Below, one piece after another: positions 12,772 to 26,423 of a stretch of DNA of 64,000 nucleotides (position 1 is its first letter; each line of letters starts with the position of its first letter). The stretch comes from Escherichia coli (GTDB taxonomy: Bacteria; Pseudomonadota; Gammaproteobacteria; Enterobacterales; Enterobacteriaceae). The stretch lies in NCBI RefSeq assembly GCF_009931435.1, contig NZ_CP043414.1; one strand, 5' to 3'. The position numbers and the translations under genes were made by a program. The notes under the pieces are model-generated. The model was not told the origin of the DNA. It searched no databases and worked only from the letters and a program-made list of their open reading frames with translations.

Positions 12772-13470
12772 TTACATTGGCGACAGGTTAAGGAAGAAAC
12801 GCTGCAACCAGCCCATATTTTGCGCTTCGTTAATGTAGCCATTGCCTACGTATTCAATGCGCGCATCCGCCACCTGAGTAGACGGTACGGTATTACTGCC
12901 GCTGATGGTGCGAGGATTAACTACACCAGAGAAGCGAATAAATTCGGTACCCTGATTAATGGCGATCTGTTTTTCACCCACCACATGCAGGTTGCCGTTG
13001 ACCAGTACCTGGTCAACCGTCACCGTCAACGTGCCGCTAAAGGTATTGCTGGCATTGGCCCCGCCTTTTCCGTTGAACGTGTTGCCACCAGAGGCTTCGA
13101 CATCGGCACGAGCGTTACCAAACAGCCCCTGCAAATAGCGCGGCACAGTATCAAAGCCAAAATTAGTTTTACCGTCACGGCTGGCATTCGCAGAGGAGCT
13201 TTTGCTGGCGCTGACGTTCTCCTGCAACACGATGGTCAGCGTATCGCCAATATTGCGTGGTCGACGATCTTCAAACAGCGGTTGATAGCCATAGTTAATC
13301 GGCTGAGCAGACTGGAAAATAGAACCGTTGGCGACGGGCGTCGGACCGGGAACCGGTTGTGCACTGGTCGCCCCCTGTACCAGCGGCGTGGAGGGTATCC
13401 AGGCGCAGCCGGTTAGTGAAAGCACCAACAAGCTGGAAATGGCATAAGTATGCGCAGCGTTTTTTTGCAT
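12772..13470 (-). CDS. flgH: flagellar L-ring lipoprotein FlgH
   Basis: Track ORF trimmed to ATG at 13468-13470 ([24 protein letters not shown]..., lipobox LTGC), 232 aa. Confidence 0.92.
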   Translation of the reverse strand: MQKNAAHTYAISSLLVLSLTGCAWIPSTPLVQGATSAQPVPGPTPVANGSIFQSAQPINYGYQPLFEDRRPRNIGDTLTIVLQENVSASKSSSANASRDGKTNFGFDTVPRYLQGLFGNARADVEASGGNTFNGKGGANASNTFSGTLTVTVDQVLVNGNLHVVGEKQIAINQGTEFIRFSGVVNPRTISGSNTVPSTQVADARIEYVGNGYINEAQNMGWLQRFFLNLSPM

Positions 13471-13522
13471 GGCTATCATCTTCAAAAATCAGTAACCCGG
13501 TGAATCTGCCACCGGTTATGCC

Positions 13523-14323
<801 letters not shown>

Positions 14324-14349
14324 TTATTGACAAAATGCATATGTCTTCA

Positions 14350-14393
<44 letters not shown>

Positions 14394-14475
14394 AAAAATC
14401 AATAAATTGCGATGTACCCCGTAGACCGATAAGTTTGCACACCGGGCAACTTACGTTTGTCATGTATCCGTTCAA

Positions 14476-15231
14476 TTAACTCATCGACAGCAGTTGGTTG
14501 GCACGGCCTGCGTTATCATCGACGCTGCTGATCACCTTCATCTGCATTTCAAAACGCCGCGCGCTGGCAATCATGTCGCTCATTGCCGCAACGGCATTGA
14601 CGTTACTGCCTTCCAGAACCCCCGACATCACACGTAAGGTTGGATCTGCCTGCAGTACCGGCCCACGCGTAGCCTGGCTTTCTGCGCTTAAACGAAAAAT
14701 GCCGTCGTCACCGCGCTGCACTTCGCTGCCCGTGGCTTTCACCAGCTTCAGACGCCCCACTGGTGCAACCGTATTTGCCGGATCGCCAGAATTCAGCGCT
14801 GAGATTGTGCCATCGGCAGCAACAGTGATTTCCGCCCCTTCCGGCACAGCAATTGGCCCCGCCTCGCCGATCACCGGATGCCCCTGAATTGTCAGTTGCC
14901 CGGTGGGATCAACCTGAATGCTGCCATTACGCGTATACCCTTCGCTACCGTCATCGGTCTGCACGGCCAGCCAGCCGTCCTGCTGCAACGCGACGTCCAG
15001 CGGGCGCGAGGTGTAATCCATCTTACCGGGCGTCATGTCAGCACCCGGTGTTGACGCCGTAACCAGCGTGCGCGTGGGTAGTGAAAGCCCTTCCACCGGC
15101 ACTGCACGCAAGGCGTTTAACTGTGCGCGAAAACCGGGCGTAGAGGCATTGGCCAGATTACTGGCGGTCACCGCCTGTTGATTCAGCGTCTGGCTGGCTG
15201 CCCCCATCGCGGTATAAATTGCGTGATCCAT
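14476..15231 (-). CDS. flgF: flagellar proximal rod protein FlgF
   Basis: 251-aa ORF MDHAIYTAMGAASQTLNQQAVTASNLANASTPGFRAQ... Confidence 0.95.
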   Translation of the reverse strand: MDHAIYTAMGAASQTLNQQAVTASNLANASTPGFRAQLNALRAVPVEGLSLPTRTLVTASTPGADMTPGKMDYTSRPLDVALQQDGWLAVQTDDGSEGYTRNGSIQVDPTGQLTIQGHPVIGEAGPIAVPEGAEITVAADGTISALNSGDPANTVAPVGRLKLVKATGSEVQRGDDGIFRLSAESQATRGPVLQADPTLRVMSGVLEGSNVNAVAAMSDMIASARRFEMQMKVISSVDDNAGRANQLLSMS

Positions 15232-15250
15232 TGAGCTATCCCGTCAGCGA

Positions 15251-16456
15251 TTAGCGTAAGTTAACCAGCGTGTTGAGGATCTGGTCCTGGGTTTTGATGG
15301 TCTGGGCGTTAGACTGATAGTTACGCTGGGCAACGATCATATTGACCAGTTCTTTGCTGAGATCGACATTGGACGCTTCCAGCGCACCGTTGGTCAGGGT
15401 GCCAAAGTTGCCCGTCCCGGCTGTCCCCAACAGCGCCACGCCAGAAGATTGCGTCGCAGACCAGACGTTGTCGCCTTCGGATGCCAGACCTTCGTTGTTG
15501 GCAAAGTTCGCCAGTACAATCTGCCCCAGCAGTTGGGTTTGTTCGTTGGAATAGTTGCCGACAACCGTACCGTCATCATTGATTTGATAACTCACCAGAT
15601 CGCCCGGTTTGTAGCCGTTCTGGGTGGTTGCCACAATGTTGTTAGCACCGGTATTTTGCTGCATGGAGTTGAGGAAGCTCAGGCTAAACGTGGCGGGATC
15701 TGCGCCGTTAATTGCTCCGGTGGTAATATCCTTTGTTGGATCTGAGGTCAGAACGCCATTGGCATTAAACACCAGCGTCGTTGCAGGGTTAGCTGTGCCT
15801 TTTGGATCACTGCTATCCAGGGTGTAAACATCCCAGTTATTATCCCCGGTCTTCACAAAATAAACGCTCATATCATGAGCATTACCCTGACTATCGAAAA
15901 CAGTCACCGAACCTTTTTTGTTATAGCTATCCGCATTGCTGGCATCGAATCCTTTAACAGAGGGAAGCGGATCACTGGAATTCAGGTTGATCTGCATCGA
16001 CGCCGTGGTGGTAGTTTTCGCTGCCATCAGGGTATTCGGGATCGAAATATTGGTCGGATTCGCCCCTTGTTGAATAGTCGGCGGCGTACCGGTTGCCGGA
16101 TACCCCGTCAGCTGTAATCCTTGCATGTTCACCAGGTTACGATTTTCATCAAGCTTAAATTGTCCATTACGGCTGTAAAAAACCGAACCATTGCTGTCTA
16201 CCAGACGGAAAAAACCATTCTGGCTGATAGCAACGTCCAGACCTCGCCCGGTGTTGGTGGTCGTGCCATCGGTAAAGTCCTGAGTGATACCGGCAACTTT
16301 TACCCCCAGTCCCACTTTCGAACCGGCAAACATATCGGCAAAAGAGGCCGTGCCTGATTTAAAGCCGTAGGTGGCGGAGTTGGCGATATTGTTGCCAATA
16401 ACATCGAGGTTGGTGGCGGCAGCGTTTAATCCGCTAACCGCTTGAGAAAAGGCCAT
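15251..16456 (-). CDS. flgE: flagellar hook protein FlgE
   Basis: 401-aa ORF MAFSQAVSGLNAAATNLDVIGNNIANSATYGFKSG... Confidence 0.95.
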   Translation of the reverse strand: MAFSQAVSGLNAAATNLDVIGNNIANSATYGFKSGTASFADMFAGSKVGLGVKVAGITQDFTDGTTTNTGRGLDVAISQNGFFRLVDSNGSVFYSRNGQFKLDENRNLVNMQGLQLTGYPATGTPPTIQQGANPTNISIPNTLMAAKTTTTASMQINLNSSDPLPSVKGFDASNADSYNKKGSVTVFDSQGNAHDMSVYFVKTGDNNWDVYTLDSSDPKGTANPATTLVFNANGVLTSDPTKDITTGAINGADPATFSLSFLNSMQQNTGANNIVATTQNGYKPGDLVSYQINDDGTVVGNYSNEQTQLLGQIVLANFANNEGLASEGDNVWSATQSSGVALLGTAGTGNFGTLTNGALEASNVDLSKELVNMIVAQRNYQSNAQTIKTQDQILNTLVNLR

Positions 16457-16481
16457 GACTGACTCCTGAAATTTGAGGGCT

Positions 16482-17177
16482 TTAAATTATCTGCCGTACT
16501 TCGTCGAGGGTGGTGGTGCCGTAAGTGCCGAGATCCAGCGTATTACCGTTGTTGCCGCGGATCACACCCTGCACCAGAGCAAACTGCAGCGGCTGGGCAA
16601 CCAGTTGTGTACCACCGCTACTGGCGCTAATCGCTACATTGTAAGAACCGTTCGGCGCAGTGCTGCCGTCAGTCAACGTACCGTCCCAGGTGAAACTGTG
16701 GACTCCGGCAGTCAGTTCACCGATATCAATGGTACGGACAACCGCGCCGTTTTTATCGGTGATGGTGGCCGTAACTTTGTCTGCCGCCTGCTGCAACTCA
16801 ACACCAAACGGTGTGGTCGTGGTCACAGCCCCTTCTTCACTGCCGGTTCCGGCAAGAACTGTGGTGCCGGGGATCATCACACCGTGACCGATCAGGTTAC
16901 TGGCCTGTAACGACTGGCTGTTATCAATCTGTCCGGAAATAGATCCGAGCGTGGTATTGAGTTTTTCAATCCCGCTGACCGTGCTGATTTGTGCCAATTG
17001 CGACGTCAGCTCGTTGTTTTCCATTGGATTGGTCGGGTCCTGGTTTTTCAGCTGCGCCACCAGCAAAGTCAGAAAACTGCTTTGTAAATCTGCGGCGTTG
17101 CTACCCGTGAGTGAGCTACTGCTGGTGGTGCTGACGCCGGTATTTGTCGGATCGGTGGTGGTTACCGCAATGGACAT
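16482..17177 (-). CDS. flgD: flagellar hook capping/assembly protein FlgD
   Basis: 231-aa ORF MSIAVTTTDPTNTGVSTTSSSSLTGSNAADLQSSFLTLLVAQLKNQDP... Confidence 0.95.
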   Translation of the reverse strand: MSIAVTTTDPTNTGVSTTSSSSLTGSNAADLQSSFLTLLVAQLKNQDPTNPMENNELTSQLAQISTVSGIEKLNTTLGSISGQIDNSQSLQASNLIGHGVMIPGTTVLAGTGSEEGAVTTTTPFGVELQQAADKVTATITDKNGAVVRTIDIGELTAGVHSFTWDGTLTDGSTAPNGSYNVAISASSGGTQLVAQPLQFALVQGVIRGNNGNTLDLGTYGTTTLDEVRQII

Positions 17178-17188
17178 AGATTTCTCCT

Positions 17189-17593
17189 TTATTGACCAAG
17201 CGTAAGGGTTTTCAGCATCATGCTTTTCACCGTGTTGAGCACTTCAACATTGGCCTGATAGCTGCGTGACGCCGACATGGTGTTAACCATCTCGCCGACA
17301 ACATCAACGTTTGGCATTTTCACGTAGCCCTTTGCATCCGCCAGCGGATTACCCGGTTCATAAACCAGTTTGTCCGGAGCCTGACTTTCTATAACATCGG
17401 CAACCTTTACGCCGCCTGTCGCAGCGCCTGGCGCAGCGTTCACCTGGAATACCACCTGTTTTGCCCGATATGGCTGTCCATCGGGACCGGTCACGCTATC
17501 AGCATTCGCCAGATTACTGGCCGCCACATTCAGGCGCTGGGACTGGGCAGTTAACGCCGACCCGGCGATATCAAAAATGTTCAGCAGTGCCAT
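17189..17593 (-). CDS. flgC: flagellar proximal rod protein FlgC
   Basis: 134-aa [37 protein letters not shown]... Confidence 0.95.
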
Positions 17594-17596
17594 CCG

Positions 17597-18013
17597 TTAA
17601 TTTCCGCTCTGTAAAACGTTCATCATGCCTTTGATTTGCCCGCTCAACGCGCTAAGGCTCATCTGGTATTGCAGGCTGTTATCGGCAAACTGAGTGCGTT
17701 CGCGATCCATATCGACGGTATTACCGTCCAGCGAAGGCTGGTCCGGAATACGGTATTGCAGTTCTGCGGTAGGAGGCGTCAGCGCCTGCGCCGGAATGTG
17801 TTGCGTTGAGGTCATCGTCAGCGCAACCATGCTGGTTTCATCCCGTCCACGCTGCATGACCTTTTTAAGTTCACTGGCAAAATCGATATCGCGTGCCTGA
17901 TAACCAGGGGTATCGGCATTGGCGATGTTTGCTGCCAGCACTTCCTGACGCTGGGCGCGCAGATTGAGCGCCTCTTGTTGAAAACGTAAGGCGGCGTCGA
18001 GCTTATCGAGCAT
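17597..18013 (-). CDS. flgB: flagellar proximal rod protein FlgB
   Basis: 138-aa [48 protein letters not shown]... Confidence 0.95.
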   Translation of the reverse strand: MLDKLDAALRFQQEALNLRAQRQEVLAANIANADTPGYQARDIDFASELKKVMQRGRDETSMVALTMTSTQHIPAQALTPPTAELQYRIPDQPSLDGNTVDMDRERTQFADNSLQYQMSLSALSGQIKGMMNVLQSGN

Positions 18014-18167
18014 ATCTCCTCCGCAAGTATCAAAATTCTGCCATCAGCTTAAATGCCTTTACGCGCGCGTTATCGGCGGAATAAACGCAAAATGGGTCGC
18101 TATTTATGCCGTTGATGGTCATTGCGTACAGGTACAATTCACGTTGTAGAAATGGCTGGGAGCGAAA
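18014..18167. promoter_or_regulatory. divergent flgB / flgA promoter region (FlhDC-dependent class 2 promoters expected)
   Basis: 154-bp divergent spacer between flgB (-) and flgA (+). The FlhDC dependence comes from established knowledge, not motif matching here. Confidence 0.5.
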
Positions 18168-18827
18168 ATGCTGACAATAAAACGTAGCGTGGCGATCATT
18201 GCGATACTGTTCAGTCCGTTAAGTACGGCGAGCAATCTCACATCGCAGTTACAAACCTTTTTTAGCGCCCAGCTCGCGGGAGTAAGTGATGAGGTTCGTG
18301 TTTCTATTCGTACATCGCCCCATCTACTTCCGCCGTGCGAGCAACCACTGCTTTCGATAAGCAATAATTCCCGCCTGTGGGGAAATGTGAATGTGCTGGC
18401 ACGCTGCGGTAACGACAAACGATATTTGCAAGTCAATGTACAGGCCACAGGAAATTATGTGGTTGCCGCGATGCCCATTGTGCGGGGAGGAAAGCTGGAA
18501 GCTGGCAATGTAAAACTGAAACGCGGACGACTGGACACCTTGCCGCCGCGTACTGTGTTGGATATCAATCAACTTATTGATGCCGTTAGCCTGCGCGATC
18601 TATCACCCGAACAACCTATCCAATTAACCCAGTTGCGCCAGGCCTGGCGTGTAAAAGCGGGACAACGCGTCAACGTGATCGCCAACGGTGATGGATTTAG
18701 CGCCAACGCTGAAGGTCAGGCGTTGAACAATGCTGCCGTCGCACAGAATGCGCGGGTGCGCATGGTATCGGGACAGGTGGTCAGCGGCGTTGTTGATGCA
18801 GATGGGAATATTCTTATAAACCTGTAA
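18168..18827 (+). CDS. flgA: flagellar P-ring assembly chaperone FlgA
   Basis: 219-aa ORF MLTIKRSVAIIAILFSPLSTASNLTSQLQTFFSAQLAGVSDEVRVSIRT... Confidence 0.93.
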   Translation: MLTIKRSVAIIAILFSPLSTASNLTSQLQTFFSAQLAGVSDEVRVSIRTSPHLLPPCEQPLLSISNNSRLWGNVNVLARCGNDKRYLQVNVQATGNYVVAAMPIVRGGKLEAGNVKLKRGRLDTLPPRTVLDINQLIDAVSLRDLSPEQPIQLTQLRQAWRVKAGQRVNVIANGDGFSANAEGQALNNAAVAQNARVRMVSGQVVSGVVDADGNILINL

Positions 18828-18832
18828 GCTGT

Positions 18833-18859
18833 TAAAGATTACCCGACCCATGCCGATAA
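18833..18859 (+). promoter_or_regulatory. sigma-28 (FliA) class 3 promoter for flgMN
   Basis: TAAA-gattacccgacccat-GCCGATAA, an exact match to the TAAA-N15-GCCGATAA consensus, about 45 nt upstream of the flgM ATG. Confidence 0.75.
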
Positions 18860-18902
18860 ATAAGCAACACATGATAAAAGCGCCCTCAATGAGGAATAAA
18901 CC

Positions 18903-19196
18903 ATGAGTATTGACCGCACTTCACCTCTGAAGCCCGTAAGCACCGTTCAACCGCGTGAAACCACTGACGCGCCGGTAACGAATACCCGGGCGGCAAAAAC
19001 AACCGCCGCCACCAGCACCAGTGTGACGTTAAGCGACGCGCAAGCAAAACTAATGCAACCCGGCAGCAGTGATATCAATCTTGAACGTGTCGAAGCGTTA
19101 AAACTGGCGATTCGTAACGGTGAACTAAAAATGGACACCGGCAAAATTGCCGATGCGCTAATCAACGAAGCGCAGCAAGACTTGCAGAGTAACTGA
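18903..19196 (+). CDS. flgM: anti-sigma-28 factor FlgM
   Basis: 97-aa [41 protein letters not shown]... Confidence 0.95.
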   Translation: MSIDRTSPLKPVSTVQPRETTDAPVTNTRAAKTTAATSTSVTLSDAQAKLMQPGSSDINLERVEALKLAIRNGELKMDTGKIADALINEAQQDLQSN

Positions 19197-19200
19197 TCGT

Positions 19201-19617
19201 ATGACGCGTCTTGCAGAGATCCTCGACCAGATGTCCGCAGTGCTTAACGATCTCAAAACAGTAATGGATCAAGAGCAGCAACATCTCTCAATGGGGCAGA
19301 TCAACGGCAGCCAGTTGCAATGGATTACAGAACAAAAAAGCTCACTGCTGGCGACGTTGGATTACCTCGAACAGTTACGCAGAAAAGAACCCAATGCAGA
19401 AAATAGCGTTGATATTAGTCAACGTTGGCAGGAAATTACGGTGCAAACTCAGCAACTACGTCAAATGAATCAACATAATGGCTGGTTACTGGAAGGACAG
19501 ATTGAGCGCAATCAACAGGCGCTGGAAATGTTAAAACCGCATCAGGAACCGACGCTGTACGGGGCGAACGGTCAGACATCAATACCCCATCGCGGCAGTA
19601 AAAAGATTTCGATCTGA
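19201..19617 (+). CDS. flgN: flagellar export chaperone FlgN
   Basis: 138-aa ORF MTRLAEILDQMSAVLNDLKTVMDQEQQHLSMGQINGSQLQ... Confidence 0.95.
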   Translation: MTRLAEILDQMSAVLNDLKTVMDQEQQHLSMGQINGSQLQWITEQKSSLLATLDYLEQLRRKEPNAENSVDISQRWQEITVQTQQLRQMNQHNGWLLEGQIERNQQALEMLKPHQEPTLYGANGQTSIPHRGSKKISI

Positions 19618-19627
19618 AGATTATCTC

Positions 19628-19648
19628 CGGCCTGCAGTGCAGGCCGGA
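19628..19648. terminator. palindromic hairpin in the convergent flgN/murJ spacer (probable bidirectional terminator)
   Basis: ccggcctgc-agt-gcaggccgg, a 9-bp perfect stem; the flanking T-tract is weak. Confidence 0.45.
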
Positions 19649-19656
19649 ATGCATTG

Positions 19657-21279
<1,623 letters not shown>

Positions 21280-21301
21280 CTACCGCCAGATGTTACAGGG
21301 T

Positions 21302-22225
21302 TTATTCACTCATCGCATCGCGCCAGATCTTGTCAACGATACGTTGCGCCAGCACGGCCTGTTCGCCGGCGGTTTGCGGAACTGTCTGATTTTGCACGCA
21401 TTCAATGAAGTGCCGCGCACAGCCGACAAATCCACGTTGCTCAAGAGTACTCTGCCAACCAGGAATCGGTTTATGCACCACGCCCTGCCCGCGCTCCTCA
21501 CGCCATTCGCGCATATCCGTAATGTCGATGAGCGCACCGTCAGTCACGGCCTGCACGGTTTCACGCTGACTTCCGGCACGGCGATGCATACAGGTGGTGA
21601 TCTGCAAAGGACCGGCCGAAAAATGGTGCTCGGCAAACAGCATTTCGCCCGCGTCATTAGTCAGTAGCGTACCGCCATCCAGAGAGGCTTTACCGCCCGA
21701 CAACCACAGCACGGTATCCACCACATGCAGATAATCATCCAGCAACGTGAAATAAAGGTCGTGTGGCCCGACGCTATTACTACGATGTTTATCCATTCTT
21801 AGCGAGGCGGCGGTGGAGAGTTGTGTTTTTAACTCAACGTAGAGTGGTGCGAAGCGACGGTTAAAACCGACCATCAACGTCAGTTTTTTCCGCGCCGCCA
21901 GTTCAACCAGCCGTTCAGCATCGCGCAGATTTTCTGCCAGCGGTTTATCGACACAGACATGCACCCCCGCATTGAGTAACGCACTGACCACGTCAAAGTG
22001 GCTGGCGGTGCTGGAATGCACATAAACAGCGTCACAACAGGCAGCAAGGCTGGATAACGAATCGGCATAAGGAATGCGCCAGCTTTCACAAATTGGCAGG
22101 GCTTTCGCGCGCGTTGGCGACCAGGCGCCTTGTAAGGTCCAGTCAGATGCTGCCGCCAGCACCGGCAACCACGCTTTTTGCGCGATGCCGCCTAATCCCA
22201 CTACGCCGATACGTAATTTTTTCAC
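21302..22225 (-). CDS. yceM: Gfo/Idh/MocA-family oxidoreductase YceM (MviM)
   Basis: ORF contains (V)KKLRIGVVGLGGIAQKAWLPVL... Rossmann motif; GTG start chosen to give 307 aa. The track start is a TTG 11 codons upstream. Confidence 0.85.
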   Translation of the reverse strand: MKKLRIGVVGLGGIAQKAWLPVLAAASDWTLQGAWSPTRAKALPICESWRIPYADSLSSLAACCDAVYVHSSTASHFDVVSALLNAGVHVCVDKPLAENLRDAERLVELAARKKLTLMVGFNRRFAPLYVELKTQLSTAASLRMDKHRSNSVGPHDLYFTLLDDYLHVVDTVLWLSGGKASLDGGTLLTNDAGEMLFAEHHFSAGPLQITTCMHRRAGSQRETVQAVTDGALIDITDMREWREERGQGVVHKPIPGWQSTLEQRGFVGCARHFIECVQNQTVPQTAGEQAVLAQRIVDKIWRDAMSE

Positions 22226-22226
22226 T

Positions 22227-23469
<1,243 letters not shown>

Positions 23470-23704
23470 TCTATACCTACTCCTTCCCGTAACGTCTTTA
23501 ATACGCTGTAAGTATTACTATACCTGCGCAACCAGACCCTGTGAAAAGTCCAGAATGCCGTTTTCTGCATTATTCACATATTTGATAAAAACTCTCTATC
23601 AAAGCGACGTTTTGATAAAAAAATATTGTCCCCGAAGTGATGGGAAAAGTCTTAACGGCAATGCAGAATAGAAAGTGCTCATCTTTTATTTCCCGGGAGG
23701 GGAA

Positions 23705-24913
23705 ATGTCCCGCGTGTCGCAGGCGAGGAACCTGGGTAAATATTTCCTGCTCATCGATAATATGCTGGTCGTGCTGGGGTTCTTTGTTGTCTTCCCGCTG
23801 ATCTCTATCCGCTTCGTTGATCAAATGGGCTGGGCCGCCGTCATGGTCGGTATTGCCCTTGGTCTACGTCAGTTTATTCAGCAAGGTCTGGGGATTTTCG
23901 GCGGCGCAATTGCCGACCGCTTTGGTGCCAAACCGATGATTGTCACCGGTATGCTGATGCGTGCCGCCGGATTCGCCACAATGGGTATCGCCCACGAACC
24001 GTGGCTACTGTGGTTTTCATGCCTGCTTTCGGGACTCGGCGGCACGTTGTTTGATCCTCCGCGTTCGGCGCTGGTGGTGAAACTAATCCGTCCACAACAG
24101 CGTGGTCGTTTTTTCTCGCTGTTAATGATGCAGGACAGTGCCGGTGCGGTCATTGGCGCATTGTTGGGGAGCTGGCTGTTGCAATACGACTTTCGCCTGG
24201 TCTGCGCCACAGGGGCAGTTTTGTTTGTGCTGTGTGCAGCGTTCAATGCGTGGTTGTTACCGGCATGGAAACTCTCCACCGTACGCACGCCCGTTCGCGA
24301 AGGCATGACCCGCGTGATGCGCGACAAGCGTTTTGTCACCTATGTCCTGACGCTGGCGGGTTACTACATGCTGGCTGTACAAGTGATGCTGATGCTGCCA
24401 ATTATGGTCAACGACGTCGCGGGCGCGCCGTCTGCCGTTAAATGGATGTATGCCATTGAGGCGTGTCTGTCGTTAACGTTGCTCTACCCTATCGCCCGCT
24501 GGAGTGAAAAACATTTTCGTCTGGAACACCGATTGATGGCTGGGCTATTAATAATGTCATTAAGCATGATGCCAGTGGGTATGGTCAGCGGCCTGCAACA
24601 ACTTTTCACTCTGATTTGTCTGTTTTATATCGGGTCGATCATTGCTGAGCCTGCGCGTGAAACCTTAAGTGCTTCGCTGGCAGATGCAAGAGCACGCGGC
24701 AGCTATATGGGGTTTAGCCGTCTGGGTCTGGCGATTGGCGGCGCGATTGGTTATATCGGTGGTGGCTGGCTATTTGACTTGGGTAAATCTGCGCACCAAC
24801 CAGAGCTTCCGTGGATGATGCTGGGCATTATTGGCATCTTCACTTTCCTTGCGCTGGGTTGGCAATTTAGCCAGAAACGCACCGCGCGTCGTTTGCTGGA
24901 ACGCGACGCCTGA
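23705..24913 (+). CDS. mdtH: MFS multidrug efflux transporter MdtH
   Basis: Track ORF trimmed to ATG at 23705 ([27 protein letters not shown]...), 402 aa. Confidence 0.92.
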   Translation: MSRVSQARNLGKYFLLIDNMLVVLGFFVVFPLISIRFVDQMGWAAVMVGIALGLRQFIQQGLGIFGGAIADRFGAKPMIVTGMLMRAAGFATMGIAHEPWLLWFSCLLSGLGGTLFDPPRSALVVKLIRPQQRGRFFSLLMMQDSAGAVIGALLGSWLLQYDFRLVCATGAVLFVLCAAFNAWLLPAWKLSTVRTPVREGMTRVMRDKRFVTYVLTLAGYYMLAVQVMLMLPIMVNDVAGAPSAVKWMYAIEACLSLTLLYPIARWSEKHFRLEHRLMAGLLIMSLSMMPVGMVSGLQQLFTLICLFYIGSIIAEPARETLSASLADARARGSYMGFSRLGLAIGGAIGYIGGGWLFDLGKSAHQPELPWMMLGIIGIFTFLALGWQFSQKRTARRLLERDA

Positions 24914-24976
24914 TTTGATACTCCCCCCTGACTCCTCCATACTGAAAGTGAACTGACAGCCAAATGGAGGAGTCAC

Positions 24977-25624
24977 GTGAAGCTATACATTTACGATCAC
25001 TGCCCTTACTGCCTCAAAGCCCGCATGATTTTCGGCCTGAAAAATATCCCCGTCGAATTACATGTTCTGCTCAATGACGACGCAGAAACACCCACCCGGA
25101 TGGTCGGTCAAAAACAGGTTCCCATTCTGCAAAAAGATGACAGCCGCTATATGCCAGAAAGCATGGACATCGTTCACTATGTCGATAAACTCGACGGCAA
25201 ACCGTTACTGACCGGCAAACGTTCACCTGCCATTGAAGAATGGCTGCGCAAGGTCAACGGCTACGCCAACAAACTGCTGTTACCGCGTATTGCCAAATCG
25301 GCATTTGATGAGTTTTCTACTCCCGCCGCACGCAAATATTTTGTCGACAAGAAAGAAGCCAGCGCGGGTAATTTTTCCGACCTGCTGGCCCACTCTGACG
25401 GTCTGATTAAGAATATCAGCGATGATTTACGTGCGCTGGACAAACTTATCGTCAAACCGAACGCCGTGAATGGCGAACTTTCGGAAGACGATATTCAGCT
25501 ATTTCCGCTCCTGCGTAATCTGACGCTGGTAGCCGGAATCAACTGGCCAAGCCGCGTTGCTGATTACCGCGATAATATGGCGAAACAGACACAAATCAAT
25601 TTGTTATCATCAATGGCGATTTAA
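24977..25624 (+). CDS. grxB: glutaredoxin 2
   Basis: 215-aa ORF MKLYIYDHCPYCLKARMIFGLKNIPVELHVLLNDD... (CPYC active site). Confidence 0.95.
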   Translation: MKLYIYDHCPYCLKARMIFGLKNIPVELHVLLNDDAETPTRMVGQKQVPILQKDDSRYMPESMDIVHYVDKLDGKPLLTGKRSPAIEEWLRKVNGYANKLLLPRIAKSAFDEFSTPAARKYFVDKKEASAGNFSDLLAHSDGLIKNISDDLRALDKLIVKPNAVNGELSEDDIQLFPLLRNLTLVAGINWPSRVADYRDNMAKQTQINLLSSMAI

Positions 25625-25757
25625 TCCTGACCCGCCGCGGCAGCCTGTATTCGCGGGTTGCCGCCGTTTTCAGTTTTTTCTGCTGGCGAGTTTATCGCTG
25701 GTGACACATGCTGCGTTGTGTCAGGATATTGACGCAGATTTCATGTCGAGGACTACC

Positions 25758-26318
25758 ATGAACAAGTTTTTATTTGCCGCTGTATTGTTCGTCAGTGGCC
25801 TGCTCGTTGGCTGTAATCAACTCACCCAATACACCATCACCGAACAAGAAATTAACCAGTCGCTTGCGAAACATAATAATTTCTCAAAAGATATCGGTTT
25901 ACCCGGCGTGGCTGACGCCCATATTGTTCTGACAAACCTGACCAGCCAAATTGGTCGCGAAGAGCCGAATAAGGTTACCCTAACCGGAGACGCCAATCTG
26001 GACATGAACTCCCTGTTCGGTAGCCAGAAAGCGACCATGAAACTGAAGCTGAAAGCGCTGCCTGTGTTTGATAAAGAAAAAGGCGCGATCTTCCTGAAAG
26101 AGATGGAAGTAGTCGATGCGACGGTACAACCGGAAAAAATGCAAACGGTGATGCAAACGTTGCTTCCCTATTTGAACCAGGCATTACGCAATTACTTTAA
26201 CCAGCAACCTGCTTATGTCCTGCGCGAAGATGGCAGTAAGGGCGAAGCAATGGCGAAGAAACTGGCGAAAGGTATTGAAGTGAAGCCTGGTGAAATTGTC
26301 ATTCCGTTTACTGATTAA
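25758..26318 (+). CDS. yceB: lipoprotein YceB (DUF1439)
   Basis: Track ORF 25557-26318 overlaps grxB; trimmed to ATG at 25758 (MNKFLFAAVLFVSGLLVGCNQ..., lipobox LVGC), 186 aa. Confidence 0.9.
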   Translation: MNKFLFAAVLFVSGLLVGCNQLTQYTITEQEINQSLAKHNNFSKDIGLPGVADAHIVLTNLTSQIGREEPNKVTLTGDANLDMNSLFGSQKATMKLKLKALPVFDKEKGAIFLKEMEVVDATVQPEKMQTVMQTLLPYLNQALRNYFNQQPAYVLREDGSKGEAMAKKLAKGIEVKPGEIVIPFTD

Positions 26319-26321
26319 TCA

Positions 26322-26349
26322 CGAGGGCGCATTTGCGCCCTTTATTTTT
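26322..26349 (+). terminator. intrinsic terminator after yceB
   Basis: gagggcgca-ttt-gcgccct followed by ttatttttc. Confidence 0.7.
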
Positions 26350-26356
26350 CGTGCAA

Positions 26357-26372
26357 AGGAAAACGTTTCCGC
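26357..26372. promoter_or_regulatory. PurR operator-like site upstream of pyrC
   Basis: ggaAAACGTTTccgc resembles the PurR box core AAACGTTT; pyrC is a known PurR regulon member. Confidence 0.5.
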
Positions 26373-26423
26373 TTATCCTTTGTGTCCGGCAAAAACATCC
26401 CTTCAGCCGGAGCATAGAGATTA

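Noticed and set aside
12820-13416. 198-aa plus-strand ORF antisense to flgH, and similar antisense ORFs across flgE, flgG, flgI, opgH and pgaA
   Set aside because: Each is fully nested in a well-recognised gene on the opposite strand and has no protein resemblance I can recognise.
25557-25757. N-terminal extension of the yceB ORF overlapping the grxB 3' end; similar extensions for murJ, mdtH, lpxL, yceJ, opgH, csgC, ycdZ, ghrA and dgcT
   Set aside because: The extensions overlap upstream genes or non-coding spacers. The internal ATG/GTG gives the conserved protein length, a signal peptide or lipobox at the N-terminus, or a better Shine-Dalgarno.
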